Part shown: one piece after another, positions 8,465 through 17,393 of the stretch
Position numbering within the stretch: the stretch's first letter is position 1
Layout: each line of letters opens with the position of its first letter
NCBI GenBank assembly: GCA_045863335.1
Contig: BTVY01000077.1
Coordinates: 1 to 20,388, forward strand
Source of the DNA: Candidatus Hydrogenedentota bacterium
GTDB taxonomy: Bacteria > Hydrogenedentota > Hydrogenedentia > Hydrogenedentales > SLHB01
Direction of reading: 5' to 3'
Length of the DNA stretch: 20,388 bases
Program-made: the position numbers and the translations under genes
The notes under the pieces: model-generated
The model's database searches: none
The model's input: the letters and a program-made list of their open reading frames with translations, nothing else
Told to the model about the DNA's origin: nothing

Positions 8465-9889
8465 ATGCGAACTGTACTTTGCGTGGCGACGTGTCTCTTG
8501 GTCGCCGTGAACGCGCAGTCCCTGGAGCCTGCCGAGTACATTCGCCCGTACAGTGAGAATCCGTTCTACTGGCAATACAAGGGCGAGCCGATCCTGTTGC
8601 TGGGCGGCAGCAAGGACGACAACCTTTTTCAGCTCCCCGATCTCGAAGCCCATCTCGATGAAATGAAGGCCGCAGGCGGTAACGTCATCCGCAATACCAT
8701 GAGCGCGCGGCAGGACGTCGGTTTCGAGGTCTATCCATTCAAGCGGATGGACGATGGGAAGTACGACCTCGACCAGTGGAACGACGAGTATTGGAATCGT
8801 TTCGAGAACTGCCTGCGGTTGTGCGCGGAGCGGGATATTGTTATCCAGATCGAATTGTGGGACCGCTTCGACTATTCGCAGGAGCATTGGGAAGCCAGCC
8901 CTTGGCGCCCCGCGAACAATGTGAACTACAGTGTTGAGCAATCCGGGTTGGTGAACCAATATCCTCAACCCGCGTGGCGCGATCAACAGCCTTTTTTTCA
9001 CACCATTGCAGGTATGCCCAGGTACGCGAAGGAGCTGGATCTGGTTCGGGGCTACCAGGAGCGCATCGTCGACAAGATGCTCTCCTACAGCCTCAACTTC
9101 GGCAACGTGCTCTATTGCATGGACAACGAAACGTCCACCCCGCCCGCCTGGGGGCGCTACTGGATGAAACGCATCCAGGATGCGGCGGCGGCCAAGGGAG
9201 TTCCCGTATTCGTAACGGACATGTTCGACGACGGCTTCGAACCCCACCGGTCCGCGAAGATTCGGCAGGCCATTGACGATCCCGCGGCCTACACCTTTCT
9301 CGACATCTCGCAGGTAAACAGCCGCTGCTTCGACGAAGAGCACTGGAACCGTTTCATGTGGGTCGTTCAGGAACTTCAGGCCTCGCCGCGTCCGATCACC
9401 AACACCAAGATCTACTCCGACGGCGAAACGAACTGGGGTTCCGGAACGCCGGTCGACGGCGTCGAGCGATTCTGGCGCAATCTCATTGGCGGCGCGGCGT
9501 CGTGCCGGTTCCACCGGCCGGGCGCAGGCATCGGACTCAACGACACCGCGAAAGCCTGCATCACCGCCGCGCGCAAGGCGGAGAGCATTGTGAAATTCTG
9601 GGACGTCTCGCCGCATCAGGAACTCCTGTTCGAGCGGGAACCGGATGAAGCCTACCTCGCGGCGAATCCCGGTTCGAAGTACGTTCTGTATTTCACGGAC
9701 GGTGGCGAGGTTACCCTCGACCTGACCCAGCATGAGGGTACATACACGATTCGTTGGGTTAGTATCGGCTCCGGGGACTGGGGGCCGACGGCGTCAGTGG
9801 ATGGCGGACAACAGGTTCGCGTCGCGGCGCCGGGTAAAGGTGGCTGGGCCGCCTGCATCATTCAGACCGCGACTGCCGTTGCACCATAA
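8465..9889 (+). CDS. Secreted glycoside-hydrolase-like TIM-barrel protein (clan GH-A-like) with a C-terminal beta-sandwich (putative collagen-binding-like) domain
   Basis: Signal peptide MRTVLCVATCLLVAVNAQS (alternative GTG start at 8456). Motifs NPFYWQYKGEPILLLG, GGNVIR, IVIQIELWD and MDNE (acid/base-like NE). C-terminal YVLYF.DGG.V.LDL...Y.IRW. Starts immediately after the previous gene. Confidence 0.75.
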   Translation: MRTVLCVATCLLVAVNAQSLEPAEYIRPYSENPFYWQYKGEPILLLGGSKDDNLFQLPDLEAHLDEMKAAGGNVIRNTMSARQDVGFEVYPFKRMDDGKYDLDQWNDEYWNRFENCLRLCAERDIVIQIELWDRFDYSQEHWEASPWRPANNVNYSVEQSGLVNQYPQPAWRDQQPFFHTIAGMPRYAKELDLVRGYQERIVDKMLSYSLNFGNVLYCMDNETSTPPAWGRYWMKRIQDAAAAKGVPVFVTDMFDDGFEPHRSAKIRQAIDDPAAYTFLDISQVNSRCFDEEHWNRFMWVVQELQASPRPITNTKIYSDGETNWGSGTPVDGVERFWRNLIGGAASCRFHRPGAGIGLNDTAKACITAARKAESIVKFWDVSPHQELLFEREPDEAYLAANPGSKYVLYFTDGGEVTLDLTQHEGTYTIRWVSIGSGDWGPTASVDGGQQVRVAAPGKGGWAACIIQTATAVAP

Positions 9890-9908
9890 TCGTCACGCGA
9901 CGTTTCAG

Positions 9909-12900
9909 TCATTTCCACGGCAGCGTCGGCCAGAGCACAGCCGTCGCATCCAGGCCGGCCGTTGCTAAGGTCAATCCGTCGTGGCTGAAGGCCAGGTCGT
10001 GCGCGCCATGGTCCAGACCCAATAAGAGCGTGCCGGAATTGGCAGCCCAGACGTCCGTCGCGCCGTTGTCACAGGATGCGATACGGGAACCGTCAGGCGA
10101 GTAGATCACTTTGTTCACGCGAATCGAGTGGCCGACCAGCGTATCGAGCCGTTCACCTGATGTCAGATCCCAGATGTGGATCGCGCCTGAACTGTGGCCG
10201 GTAGCGATTCTGGGACGCGACGGATCAAAGGCGAGACCAAACACCCATCCATCATCTGCGACCAGCTCGTGGACCAAGGCGCCGGTATTAGGATCCCAGA
10301 TGCGCGTGATGCCGTCACGGCTTGCCGAGGCCACCAAGGTGCCGTCCGATTTCCAGGTGACAGAATCGATGACTCCACCGTGAGGTTTCAGTGTGTGTAA
10401 ACGGGAACCAGTCTCCGCGTCCCACATTACCGCGACTGACGGCATGTTGTCGTCTCCGTCCCAACCCCCGGAAATGATCCGTTTCCCGGTAGGGTCGTAC
10501 GCGATCGAGCGGACACCATTCCGGTGTGGCTCCGCGACGAATTCGCGCATGACCTCACCCGACGAGATGTCCCACGTAATGATTCGGCGATCGACCCCGG
10601 TAGACGCAATCCATTGTCCGTTGGGGTGAAAAGCGAGGGCAAATACCGGTCCATGGTGACCCTCCAAAATGCGAAATACTTCTCGGGTTTCGCGGACCCA
10701 CAGGATGACGCGCGAGTCGCCTCCGGTGGCCCAATTCCCCGCGGCCGTCGCCACAATTTGATCGTCTTTGCTGAAAGCGACAGCGTTCACGTCGGCACGA
10801 TGTTCACTCAGACGAAATGCGCCGAAGGGATCGCCGACTTGCCAGATCGTCACATTCGTGCCGTCTCCGCCTGCGGCGATGCGCGTCCCATCGGGGCTGA
10901 ACACCGCAGTCAGAACTGCCAGCGGCGTACCCAGAGGTGCAGGGAACTCCAGGCCTGTGTCCGGATCCCAAATTCGAATACGACGGTCGCTGCTCGCGGT
11001 CGCCAGCTTCTTGCCATCTGGACTAAACGCCACCGACCACACCTTTTGCACATGACCGCGAAAGGTGTGCAGCAACTCGCCGGTTTCGGTATCCCAGATC
11101 CGTGCCGTGTCGTCGCACCCGCAGGAGGCAAGTTGATTGCTTCCAGGACGGAATGCGACGCGGATCGCGCCGGGCACACCGGAATGCAGGTTTTTCGGAT
11201 GGGCCTCGATCGTGCGAATCGCCGTCCCCGATTCAGGGTCGAAAAGCAGCACATTCCCATTATCCAGCGCGGCCGCCGCCATCATTCCGCGTTCGTTTAT
11301 AGCTACGTGTTGCACGATTTGACCGACCGGCAAGGACCCCGTGGACTCGCCAGTATTGGCGTTCCACCCCCGGATGACGCCATCGTGACCTCCGGAAAAC
11401 AGTTGAATTCCGTCGGGAGTATAGGTCAGCGCCTGAACGTTGCCCGTATGGGCGGTCCAGGATCGCAGCGGTTCCCCCGTCATCGTATCGAAGGTTTTGA
11501 TTTGACCGTCGCCGCACGAAACCGCGAACGTCCCGCCGTCCGGTCGTATGGCGACCTTTCCGAATCCGTTCGGTCCTGACTCGACGCGAATAGCTTCTTG
11601 GTTCGTCGCCACGTTCCATGCGATCACCGTTCCGCCTTCGTCCAGGGTCAGCAGCCGGCTACCGTCGGGAGTGTAGGCGCCGTCCACGATCTTCTGTGGA
11701 TGACCGGACAGTTCGACGCAGATTGCGTCCGTCACGTAGCGAAGGCGGCCCCATTCCCAGTTGCGCAGTTGTGGCGGGCAATTCACCAGATTCTCGCGGG
11801 CCACGTCGAACTTCGCATCGTCGATGTTTCGAGCCGCGGAACTGATCGAAACCTCATACAAGCGATTCTCCGAGGAGATGCGCATTTGATGCTCGCGGTT
11901 CCGGGCAGCGTGGATATTCAGATAGGAATAGGATCCGACGGCAATCAACGTGACTATTCCAACACATGCCGTCGCAACAATCGCCCGGTACCGCTTCATG
12001 AAGCGCCAGAACAACTCGGACGGTTGATAGACGTGGGCTTGGACGAGGGAGCCGGAAAGAAAGCGTTGCACCTCATCCGCGAGTTCCTTTGCAGATTGAT
12101 AGCGCGTATCCGGATCGCGCGCCATGGCTTTCCGGCAGATGGCGGCGAGATCCGTGGGAATGCGGGGGTCGAACTGGGAAACTTCTACCGGATGAGCTGT
12201 CAGGACTTTCGCCAGAACTTCCTTGGAAGATTTGCCGGCGTAGGGCGCATGCTTCGAAAGGAGTTCATAGAGGACGGCGCCCAAGGCGTAAACGTCGCTC
12301 CGTTCATCGATCTGATCCAGCCGCCCCGAGGCCTGCTCGGGAGGCATGTATACGGGTGTGCCGAGAGCCTGACCGGGCAGGGTCCTGGCCAGAAGCACCG
12401 CGTCGATCGATTCAGTTGCATCATCGAGGGGGAGCGGCTGGGCTTCGTGCTCGTGGCGGGAATCGATCGACTTGGCGAGCCCCCAATCCAGTACAACCGT
12501 TTCGCCGAACTCGCCTACCATGACGTTGCCGGGCTTGATGTCGCGGTGAATGACGTGGCGGCTGTGGGCGTAGGCAATCGCGTTGCACAAATCAACGAAA
12601 TGGGGCAACAACGCCAACCGCTCCTCGAGCGACTGCGCCACTTTGATCGCGTCGTGGAGCGTCCGGCCGCGGACCAGCCGCATGGTGTAGTAGAGGCTGC
12701 CATCCGTGCGCCTTCCCAATTCATAAACCGGCACGATGGAGGGATGCTCGAGCTGTCCCGTGATTCGGGCCTCATGCAGGAACCGCGCCATGATGGGCCC
12801 GGCGACATCTGCGGGGGTATGGCCGTCAATGGCGACACCGTCCACCGGCAGCAGTTCCTTGAGCGCAACCTGCCTTCCCAAATCCCGATCGAAGACCACG

Positions 12901-13334
12901 AGAATCCGGCCCATGCCCCCCCGCGCATGTTCCCCGATGTGCGCGTACCGTCCCGGGCTTTCGTTGACGCCTCCCGATGCGCCTGCGGGTGAAGGAGCGC
13001 TGCCGGCCGGCAGTAGCGTCAGAGTCGAGCGGAGAAGCCCCTCGTTCGTCCGAGTGATGGCGCCGAGGAACGAATCGAGAAGCTGATCGTTGCCGCCGAG
13101 CCGTTCCAGCGTCACAGAGGGTTCGCCGCCGTCGAGGTGAATGGCATGCTCCAAGATCGCGTTGATGTACCGCGAATCGGCTTCGCTCAGTTTACCCGAA
13201 GCAACGAGATGTTGCGACAGGGACTCGGTGCCTTCGTGCGACCATGCTCCGGACGCCTCGGCCAAGTCCAGACGACTGACACAATTCAACTGCGCAGCAA
13301 GAATTCCAAACGCAAGATCGCGATCCACGTTCAT
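9909..13334 (-). CDS. Membrane-bound Ser/Thr (Hanks-type) protein kinase with 14 WD40 repeats
   Basis: Motifs ARGGMG, VALK, HPSIV, HRDIKPGN, LDWGLAK, GTPVYMPPEQ and DVYALG. One TM segment (AIVATACVGIVTLIAVGSYSYL), an LRNWEW motif, then 14 GH...WD-type repeats. Start placed at MNVDRDLAFG (13334). Confidence 0.92.
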   Translation of the reverse strand: MNVDRDLAFGILAAQLNCVSRLDLAEASGAWSHEGTESLSQHLVASGKLSEADSRYINAILEHAIHLDGGEPSVTLERLGGNDQLLDSFLGAITRTNEGLLRSTLTLLPAGSAPSPAGASGGVNESPGRYAHIGEHARGGMGRILVVFDRDLGRQVALKELLPVDGVAIDGHTPADVAGPIMARFLHEARITGQLEHPSIVPVYELGRRTDGSLYYTMRLVRGRTLHDAIKVAQSLEERLALLPHFVDLCNAIAYAHSRHVIHRDIKPGNVMVGEFGETVVLDWGLAKSIDSRHEHEAQPLPLDDATESIDAVLLARTLPGQALGTPVYMPPEQASGRLDQIDERSDVYALGAVLYELLSKHAPYAGKSSKEVLAKVLTAHPVEVSQFDPRIPTDLAAICRKAMARDPDTRYQSAKELADEVQRFLSGSLVQAHVYQPSELFWRFMKRYRAIVATACVGIVTLIAVGSYSYLNIHAARNREHQMRISSENRLYEVSISSAARNIDDAKFDVARENLVNCPPQLRNWEWGRLRYVTDAICVELSGHPQKIVDGAYTPDGSRLLTLDEGGTVIAWNVATNQEAIRVESGPNGFGKVAIRPDGGTFAVSCGDGQIKTFDTMTGEPLRSWTAHTGNVQALTYTPDGIQLFSGGHDGVIRGWNANTGESTGSLPVGQIVQHVAINERGMMAAAALDNGNVLLFDPESGTAIRTIEAHPKNLHSGVPGAIRVAFRPGSNQLASCGCDDTARIWDTETGELLHTFRGHVQKVWSVAFSPDGKKLATASSDRRIRIWDPDTGLEFPAPLGTPLAVLTAVFSPDGTRIAAGGDGTNVTIWQVGDPFGAFRLSEHRADVNAVAFSKDDQIVATAAGNWATGGDSRVILWVRETREVFRILEGHHGPVFALAFHPNGQWIASTGVDRRIITWDISSGEVMREFVAEPHRNGVRSIAYDPTGKRIISGGWDGDDNMPSVAVMWDAETGSRLHTLKPHGGVIDSVTWKSDGTLVASASRDGITRIWDPNTGALVHELVADDGWVFGLAFDPSRPRIATGHSSGAIHIWDLTSGERLDTLVGHSIRVNKVIYSPDGSRIASCDNGATDVWAANSGTLLLGLDHGAHDLAFSHDGLTLATAGLDATAVLWPTLPWK

Positions 13335-13428
13335 GAATTTCCCTAAACGTCTCCAGGTAACGGCAGGGCATTGACACGCGACCCAAAGGGATCTGCGTAT
13401 CCACCACAAACCATCATACGGCGTACAC

Positions 13429-13444
13429 AGGTCGAAATCGACCT
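13429..13444. promoter_or_regulatory. Palindrome AGGTCGA-aa-TCGACCT in the divergent intergenic region (possible operator)
   Basis: Perfect 7-bp inverted repeat midway between the two divergent starts. Confidence 0.35.
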
Positions 13445-13467
13445 CACCGGCTCGCCCAACGCCGGTT

Positions 13468-13497
13468 TTGCCCTTCATCCGCACCATGCGCTAGGAT
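13468..13497 (+). promoter_or_regulatory. Putative sigma70-type promoter TTGCCC-N18-TAGGAT for the VWA operon
   Basis: Hexamers similar to the two TTGCGC-N17-TAGGCT sites, ~50 nt upstream of ATG 13548. Confidence 0.4.
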
Positions 13498-13547
13498 ACC
13501 GATGCAAGTCTGTGCGGGTGTTCACACACAACGAGGAGGGATTTCCT

Positions 13548-14690
13548 ATGAGACGCATTACTTTTGGCGGCCGATTGCGGCTGGTGGCGGCAGCACTAGT
13601 CGTTGCCGGTGCCAGCAGCTTGGTTAGCGCGAATGCGCAACTTCCGCCATCAACCAATCTCGACAGTTTCGCCATCAAGATCTTCCGCGTCGAATCCGGA
13701 CTCTATCCCTTCGTGCAGGTGTACTTCCGTACCTTCAACCAGGATATGAGGCCGCTAGTCAATTTAAACGAGCGCAATATGGGCGTCATGGTCAATGGCC
13801 GTTCCTACGACATGGCGAAGATGCAATTCGTCGTCCAGACGATCCGGCATCGCGAAGAAGCGATTCGGTCCGTGCTTGTAATCGACTGCAGCAAGACCAT
13901 GGCCGGAAAGCCTTTTGAGGAAGCGCTGACGGCGGCGGCCCGATACATCGACAGCAAGCGGCCGCAAGATCAGGTTGCCGTACTCGCGGTGAACGATGCC
14001 TCGGAAGGATACGAAGTCATCTCGAACTTCGAGCGCGATCCGGAGGCATTGGGAAGACGGCTCGCGGACGTGAAGTGTGACGCGAACACAACGCGGCTCT
14101 ACGACGCGGTCGGCGCGGCGATGCAAATGTGCGGCATGGTATCGCAGGGCGGCGTGAGCACGGGCGACGCGGAGTATATCGTCTCGAATTCGATCGTCGT
14201 ATTCTCCGACGGCAAGGACGAAGGCAGCGCCCTCCAGCGTGAGGATTTGATGACGCGGATCGCCAATCTGTCCGTGCCGATTCCGATCTATTCGCTGGCG
14301 TACAGCCGCGTGGATGCATCGCACCTCCGCAATTTGGAGGCCCTTTCCAAGAACTCCTTCGGAATCTACTATCCCTTGGGCGAGGCTATCGATCGCATGC
14401 AGCGCTGCGTGGAAGACGTGCAGAACATCCTGCAGAACGACTACGTCCTTGTCTTCCGCTCCTACCAGGAAGTCGATGGCGACAAACACCCCGTGAAGAT
14501 TGGACTCGAATACCCGACGGGCAGCGGAAAGATGACCTACCAGAGCGCGGAATTCGAGGCCGTAGAGCCTCCGCCCATCGACAAGGTCCTCGAAGCGCAG
14601 AATCAGTTCGCGGAACGGTTGAAGCCTCTGCCCGACGGCAATCCGTACCTGAGCAATCCCCACGTGGCCGGTCAGGAAGGCCAAGGGTGA
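13548..14690 (+). CDS. Secreted von Willebrand factor A (VWA) domain protein
   Basis: GAGGAGGG RBS and signal peptide (MRRITFGG...SLVSANA). MIDAS-like LVIDCSKTM, T.LYDA, IVVFSDG.D, IPIYSL and L.ALS. Confidence 0.88.
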   Translation: MRRITFGGRLRLVAAALVVAGASSLVSANAQLPPSTNLDSFAIKIFRVESGLYPFVQVYFRTFNQDMRPLVNLNERNMGVMVNGRSYDMAKMQFVVQTIRHREEAIRSVLVIDCSKTMAGKPFEEALTAAARYIDSKRPQDQVAVLAVNDASEGYEVISNFERDPEALGRRLADVKCDANTTRLYDAVGAAMQMCGMVSQGGVSTGDAEYIVSNSIVVFSDGKDEGSALQREDLMTRIANLSVPIPIYSLAYSRVDASHLRNLEALSKNSFGIYYPLGEAIDRMQRCVEDVQNILQNDYVLVFRSYQEVDGDKHPVKIGLEYPTGSGKMTYQSAEFEAVEPPPIDKVLEAQNQFAERLKPLPDGNPYLSNPHVAGQEGQG

Positions 14691-14724
14691 TCCGGGTACG
14701 CCCGGGAGGTCCGGCGGGAGGACC

Positions 14725-17385
14725 ATGCGCGTGAGTGCGGATGTCGACGCTACGATATCGACAGGCGTCCGCGCGTACCTGGTGGCGGTGAACCCTGCGC
14801 TGGCCCATGGCGAGTACGTTGTGGGGTCCGCGCCAACGCGACTGGGGCGAGACGCGTCGGCGTGTGCAGTCGTGGTATCGGGTGACACCGTTTCACGCGT
14901 TCATGCCGGGGTCCGGGCAACCCCGTCCGGCGAATTTATCATCGAAGATGCCAACTCCACGAACGGGACTTTTGTCAACGACCAACGAATCGCGGCTGGT
15001 GTCGCGTTAAACGAGGGTGATTTGATCGGCCTCGGTTCGGCAGGTGTGTTCCACCTCCGTTTCCAGCGCGAGAGCGGCCGGGATCGCCCGTGGACGTTGC
15101 GGCTCCCGGACAAAGACACCTGGACGATTGGCCGCGCGCAAACCAACGATATCGCGCTCGGGTTTGAATCCACCGTATCCTCACAGCACGCGATCCTCAA
15201 ACGAAAAAACGGCCGGCTTGATATCCACGATCAGGGGAGTCTGAACGGGACCTACGTCAACGGGCGGCGCGTTCGACGGGCGTCTGTTGAGGAAACGGAT
15301 GTCGTCCGTATCGGGTCCACCATGTTGCGGTTTCAGATCGGGGCCGACGGAAGCGTGCAATTGACCCGGCGCGATTGTGGGGGCGGGATTGCGCTCGAAT
15401 GCGTCGCGTTGACGCGCTCGGTCAAAGGCGGGGCGGTATTCTCCCCCACCACGCGCCGCATTCTGGATCAGATCAGTCTCGCCATCCGTCCCGGCGAGTT
15501 CGTGGGGCTCCTGGGTCCCAGCGGCGCAGGCAAATCGACGCTGCTCAAGTCGCTGAACGGGTTCACCCCTCCGGACTACGGCTGCGTATTGCTGAACGAG
15601 ACGCCATTATTCCCCTGTTACGACATGTTCCGAAACACCATCGGGTACGTGCCGCAAGACGACATCGTCCATTCTGAACTCAGTGTGGAGTCCAGTCTCG
15701 ACTACGTATCCAGGTTGCGATTGCCCGCGGACGTGTCGGAAGAGGACCGCCGGAATCTGATCGATACAACCATCGAATCCCTCGGATTGAGTCACGTGCG
15801 CGCCAGCCGTTTGTCGCAGTTGAGCGGCGGGCAACGAAAGCGTGTGTCCATCGGGTGCGAATTGATCACCCGGCCCAGCGTCTTGTTCCTGGACGAACCC
15901 ACTTCCGGGATGGACCCGAGCACGGAAGAGCGCCTCATGCGGATCTTCCAGGATCTCGCTCGTAATGGCACCACCGTCCTCATTACGACGCACATCCTGT
16001 ACAACCTGCAAATGCTCGACCGCATCGTGATTATGTCGCGCGGACGGCTGGTCTTCTTTGGTACGCCGGCCGAAGCGCTGACCTTCTTCGGCACCAACGG
16101 AAAACCCGTAGACCGGCCCACGCAGATCTTCGACATCCTCGAAGGTGAATCCGGACCATCGGCCGGTAACAATCGAGGCGATGTTCGGGAAGAGGCGTCG
16201 AAGCTGTACGAACGTCTGTACCGATCTTCGGATCTCTACGACAAGCACATCGGGAGCGCCTTGTCCGGCATGGCGGGAGAGTTGCACCGAACCGCAAATC
16301 GGCCCGGGGGTCCATCTCCCACGGTCGGTCCGTCCGAAGGCGGCGCCCAGAAGCACGCCGACCTGCTTCAGAATACAAGGCCAGGCCGGAGACTCTCTTT
16401 GGGAGGATTCCTGTCGCCGCGCGCACTTTGGACCTTGACGCGGCGAAACCTTGCCATCAAGCTCGCCTCGCCGAAGCGCGCGCTGTTTTATCTGGCCGTG
16501 CCAGTCGTGCTGGCCTTGGTCACGCTCACCTTGCGCACGGAACCCTTTCCCGACGATGCGGAGATGGTAAGCGCGAAGGACGAGATCGCCGAACAAATTC
16601 ACGGAGGCCCCATCGACTTGGGGAACCCTATCAAGGCCTTGCTCTCCCCCGACGGCGTGGATGATCCCCGCGCAGCCGAATCCGTCGTATTCGCCCTTAA
16701 GCATGAAGGGGTCGCGAACCTGCCCACCCCGCTCAGCGTCTTGTTGATGATGGTCATGACAGCGGTGTTCGCGGGTACCCTCATGTCCTGTCTGGAATTG
16801 AGCACAGAACGGCCCATCTTCGCGCGGGAACGCATGGCGGGACAGAACGTTCTCGATTATCTTCTCAGCAAACTTCCGTTTCTCCTCGTGCTGACGGCGG
16901 TACAATGCGCGATCTATCTGGCGATCTGCCGGGTCAAGCCAGAACTCCAGCATTTCGATCTGCTGTCCGCATACCTGGCCATGGTCGCCATGGCGTGGGC
17001 GGCGTGTTGCATGGGGCTGTTTTTGAGTGCCCTCGATCCGGCCGCGGGACAGTTCTCCGTCATCCTTGCGATTGTGGCCGTATTGCCGCAACTGGTTTTC
17101 TCCGGTGGGCTTGGGCCTGATTTCTATGCGGGGATGTCCGAGCCCTTGAAATGGGTGGCGGATGCGCTGCCCGCGCGATGGGGTCTGGAGATGTTGACGA
17201 CCGCGTTTTACCACCACCCCGACCGCACTGCGCTGACTTGGTTGGAGACCTTCGTTCCCGAAACGCTTGGATTCCACTTTGGTTCGGGCGTATATTATCG
17301 AGGTATCGGATTGCTCTTGCTGCAGGCGGTCTGTTGGCTGGCACTTTGTTCCGTGCTCCTCAGACGCCGCAATGCCACGGGATAA
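14725..17385 (+). CDS. FHA-FHA-ABC transporter, fused ATPase/permease (Rv1747-like architecture)
   Basis: Two FHA domains (GR..VSRVH..STNGT; GR..VSSQH..SLNGT). Walker A GPSGAGKST, Q-loop VPQDD, LSGGQ, LFLDEP and H-loop TTH. C-terminal ABC-2-type membrane domain (ERPIFARER). GGAGG RBS. Confidence 0.93.
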   Translation: MRVSADVDATISTGVRAYLVAVNPALAHGEYVVGSAPTRLGRDASACAVVVSGDTVSRVHAGVRATPSGEFIIEDANSTNGTFVNDQRIAAGVALNEGDLIGLGSAGVFHLRFQRESGRDRPWTLRLPDKDTWTIGRAQTNDIALGFESTVSSQHAILKRKNGRLDIHDQGSLNGTYVNGRRVRRASVEETDVVRIGSTMLRFQIGADGSVQLTRRDCGGGIALECVALTRSVKGGAVFSPTTRRILDQISLAIRPGEFVGLLGPSGAGKSTLLKSLNGFTPPDYGCVLLNETPLFPCYDMFRNTIGYVPQDDIVHSELSVESSLDYVSRLRLPADVSEEDRRNLIDTTIESLGLSHVRASRLSQLSGGQRKRVSIGCELITRPSVLFLDEPTSGMDPSTEERLMRIFQDLARNGTTVLITTHILYNLQMLDRIVIMSRGRLVFFGTPAEALTFFGTNGKPVDRPTQIFDILEGESGPSAGNNRGDVREEASKLYERLYRSSDLYDKHIGSALSGMAGELHRTANRPGGPSPTVGPSEGGAQKHADLLQNTRPGRRLSLGGFLSPRALWTLTRRNLAIKLASPKRALFYLAVPVVLALVTLTLRTEPFPDDAEMVSAKDEIAEQIHGGPIDLGNPIKALLSPDGVDDPRAAESVVFALKHEGVANLPTPLSVLLMMVMTAVFAGTLMSCLELSTERPIFARERMAGQNVLDYLLSKLPFLLVLTAVQCAIYLAICRVKPELQHFDLLSAYLAMVAMAWAACCMGLFLSALDPAAGQFSVILAIVAVLPQLVFSGGLGPDFYAGMSEPLKWVADALPARWGLEMLTTAFYHHPDRTALTWLETFVPETLGFHFGSGVYYRGIGLLLLQAVCWLALCSVLLRRRNATG

Positions 17386-17393
17386 CGGGATCA

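Noticed and set aside
13371-13400. Perfect TTGACA as a promoter -35
   Set aside because: No acceptable -10 hexamer at 16-18 nt spacing.
17151-17393. Kinase start overlapping the ABC gene
   Set aside because: It overlaps the permease coding region. ATG 17394, just after the ABC stop, gives a normal kinase N-terminus.
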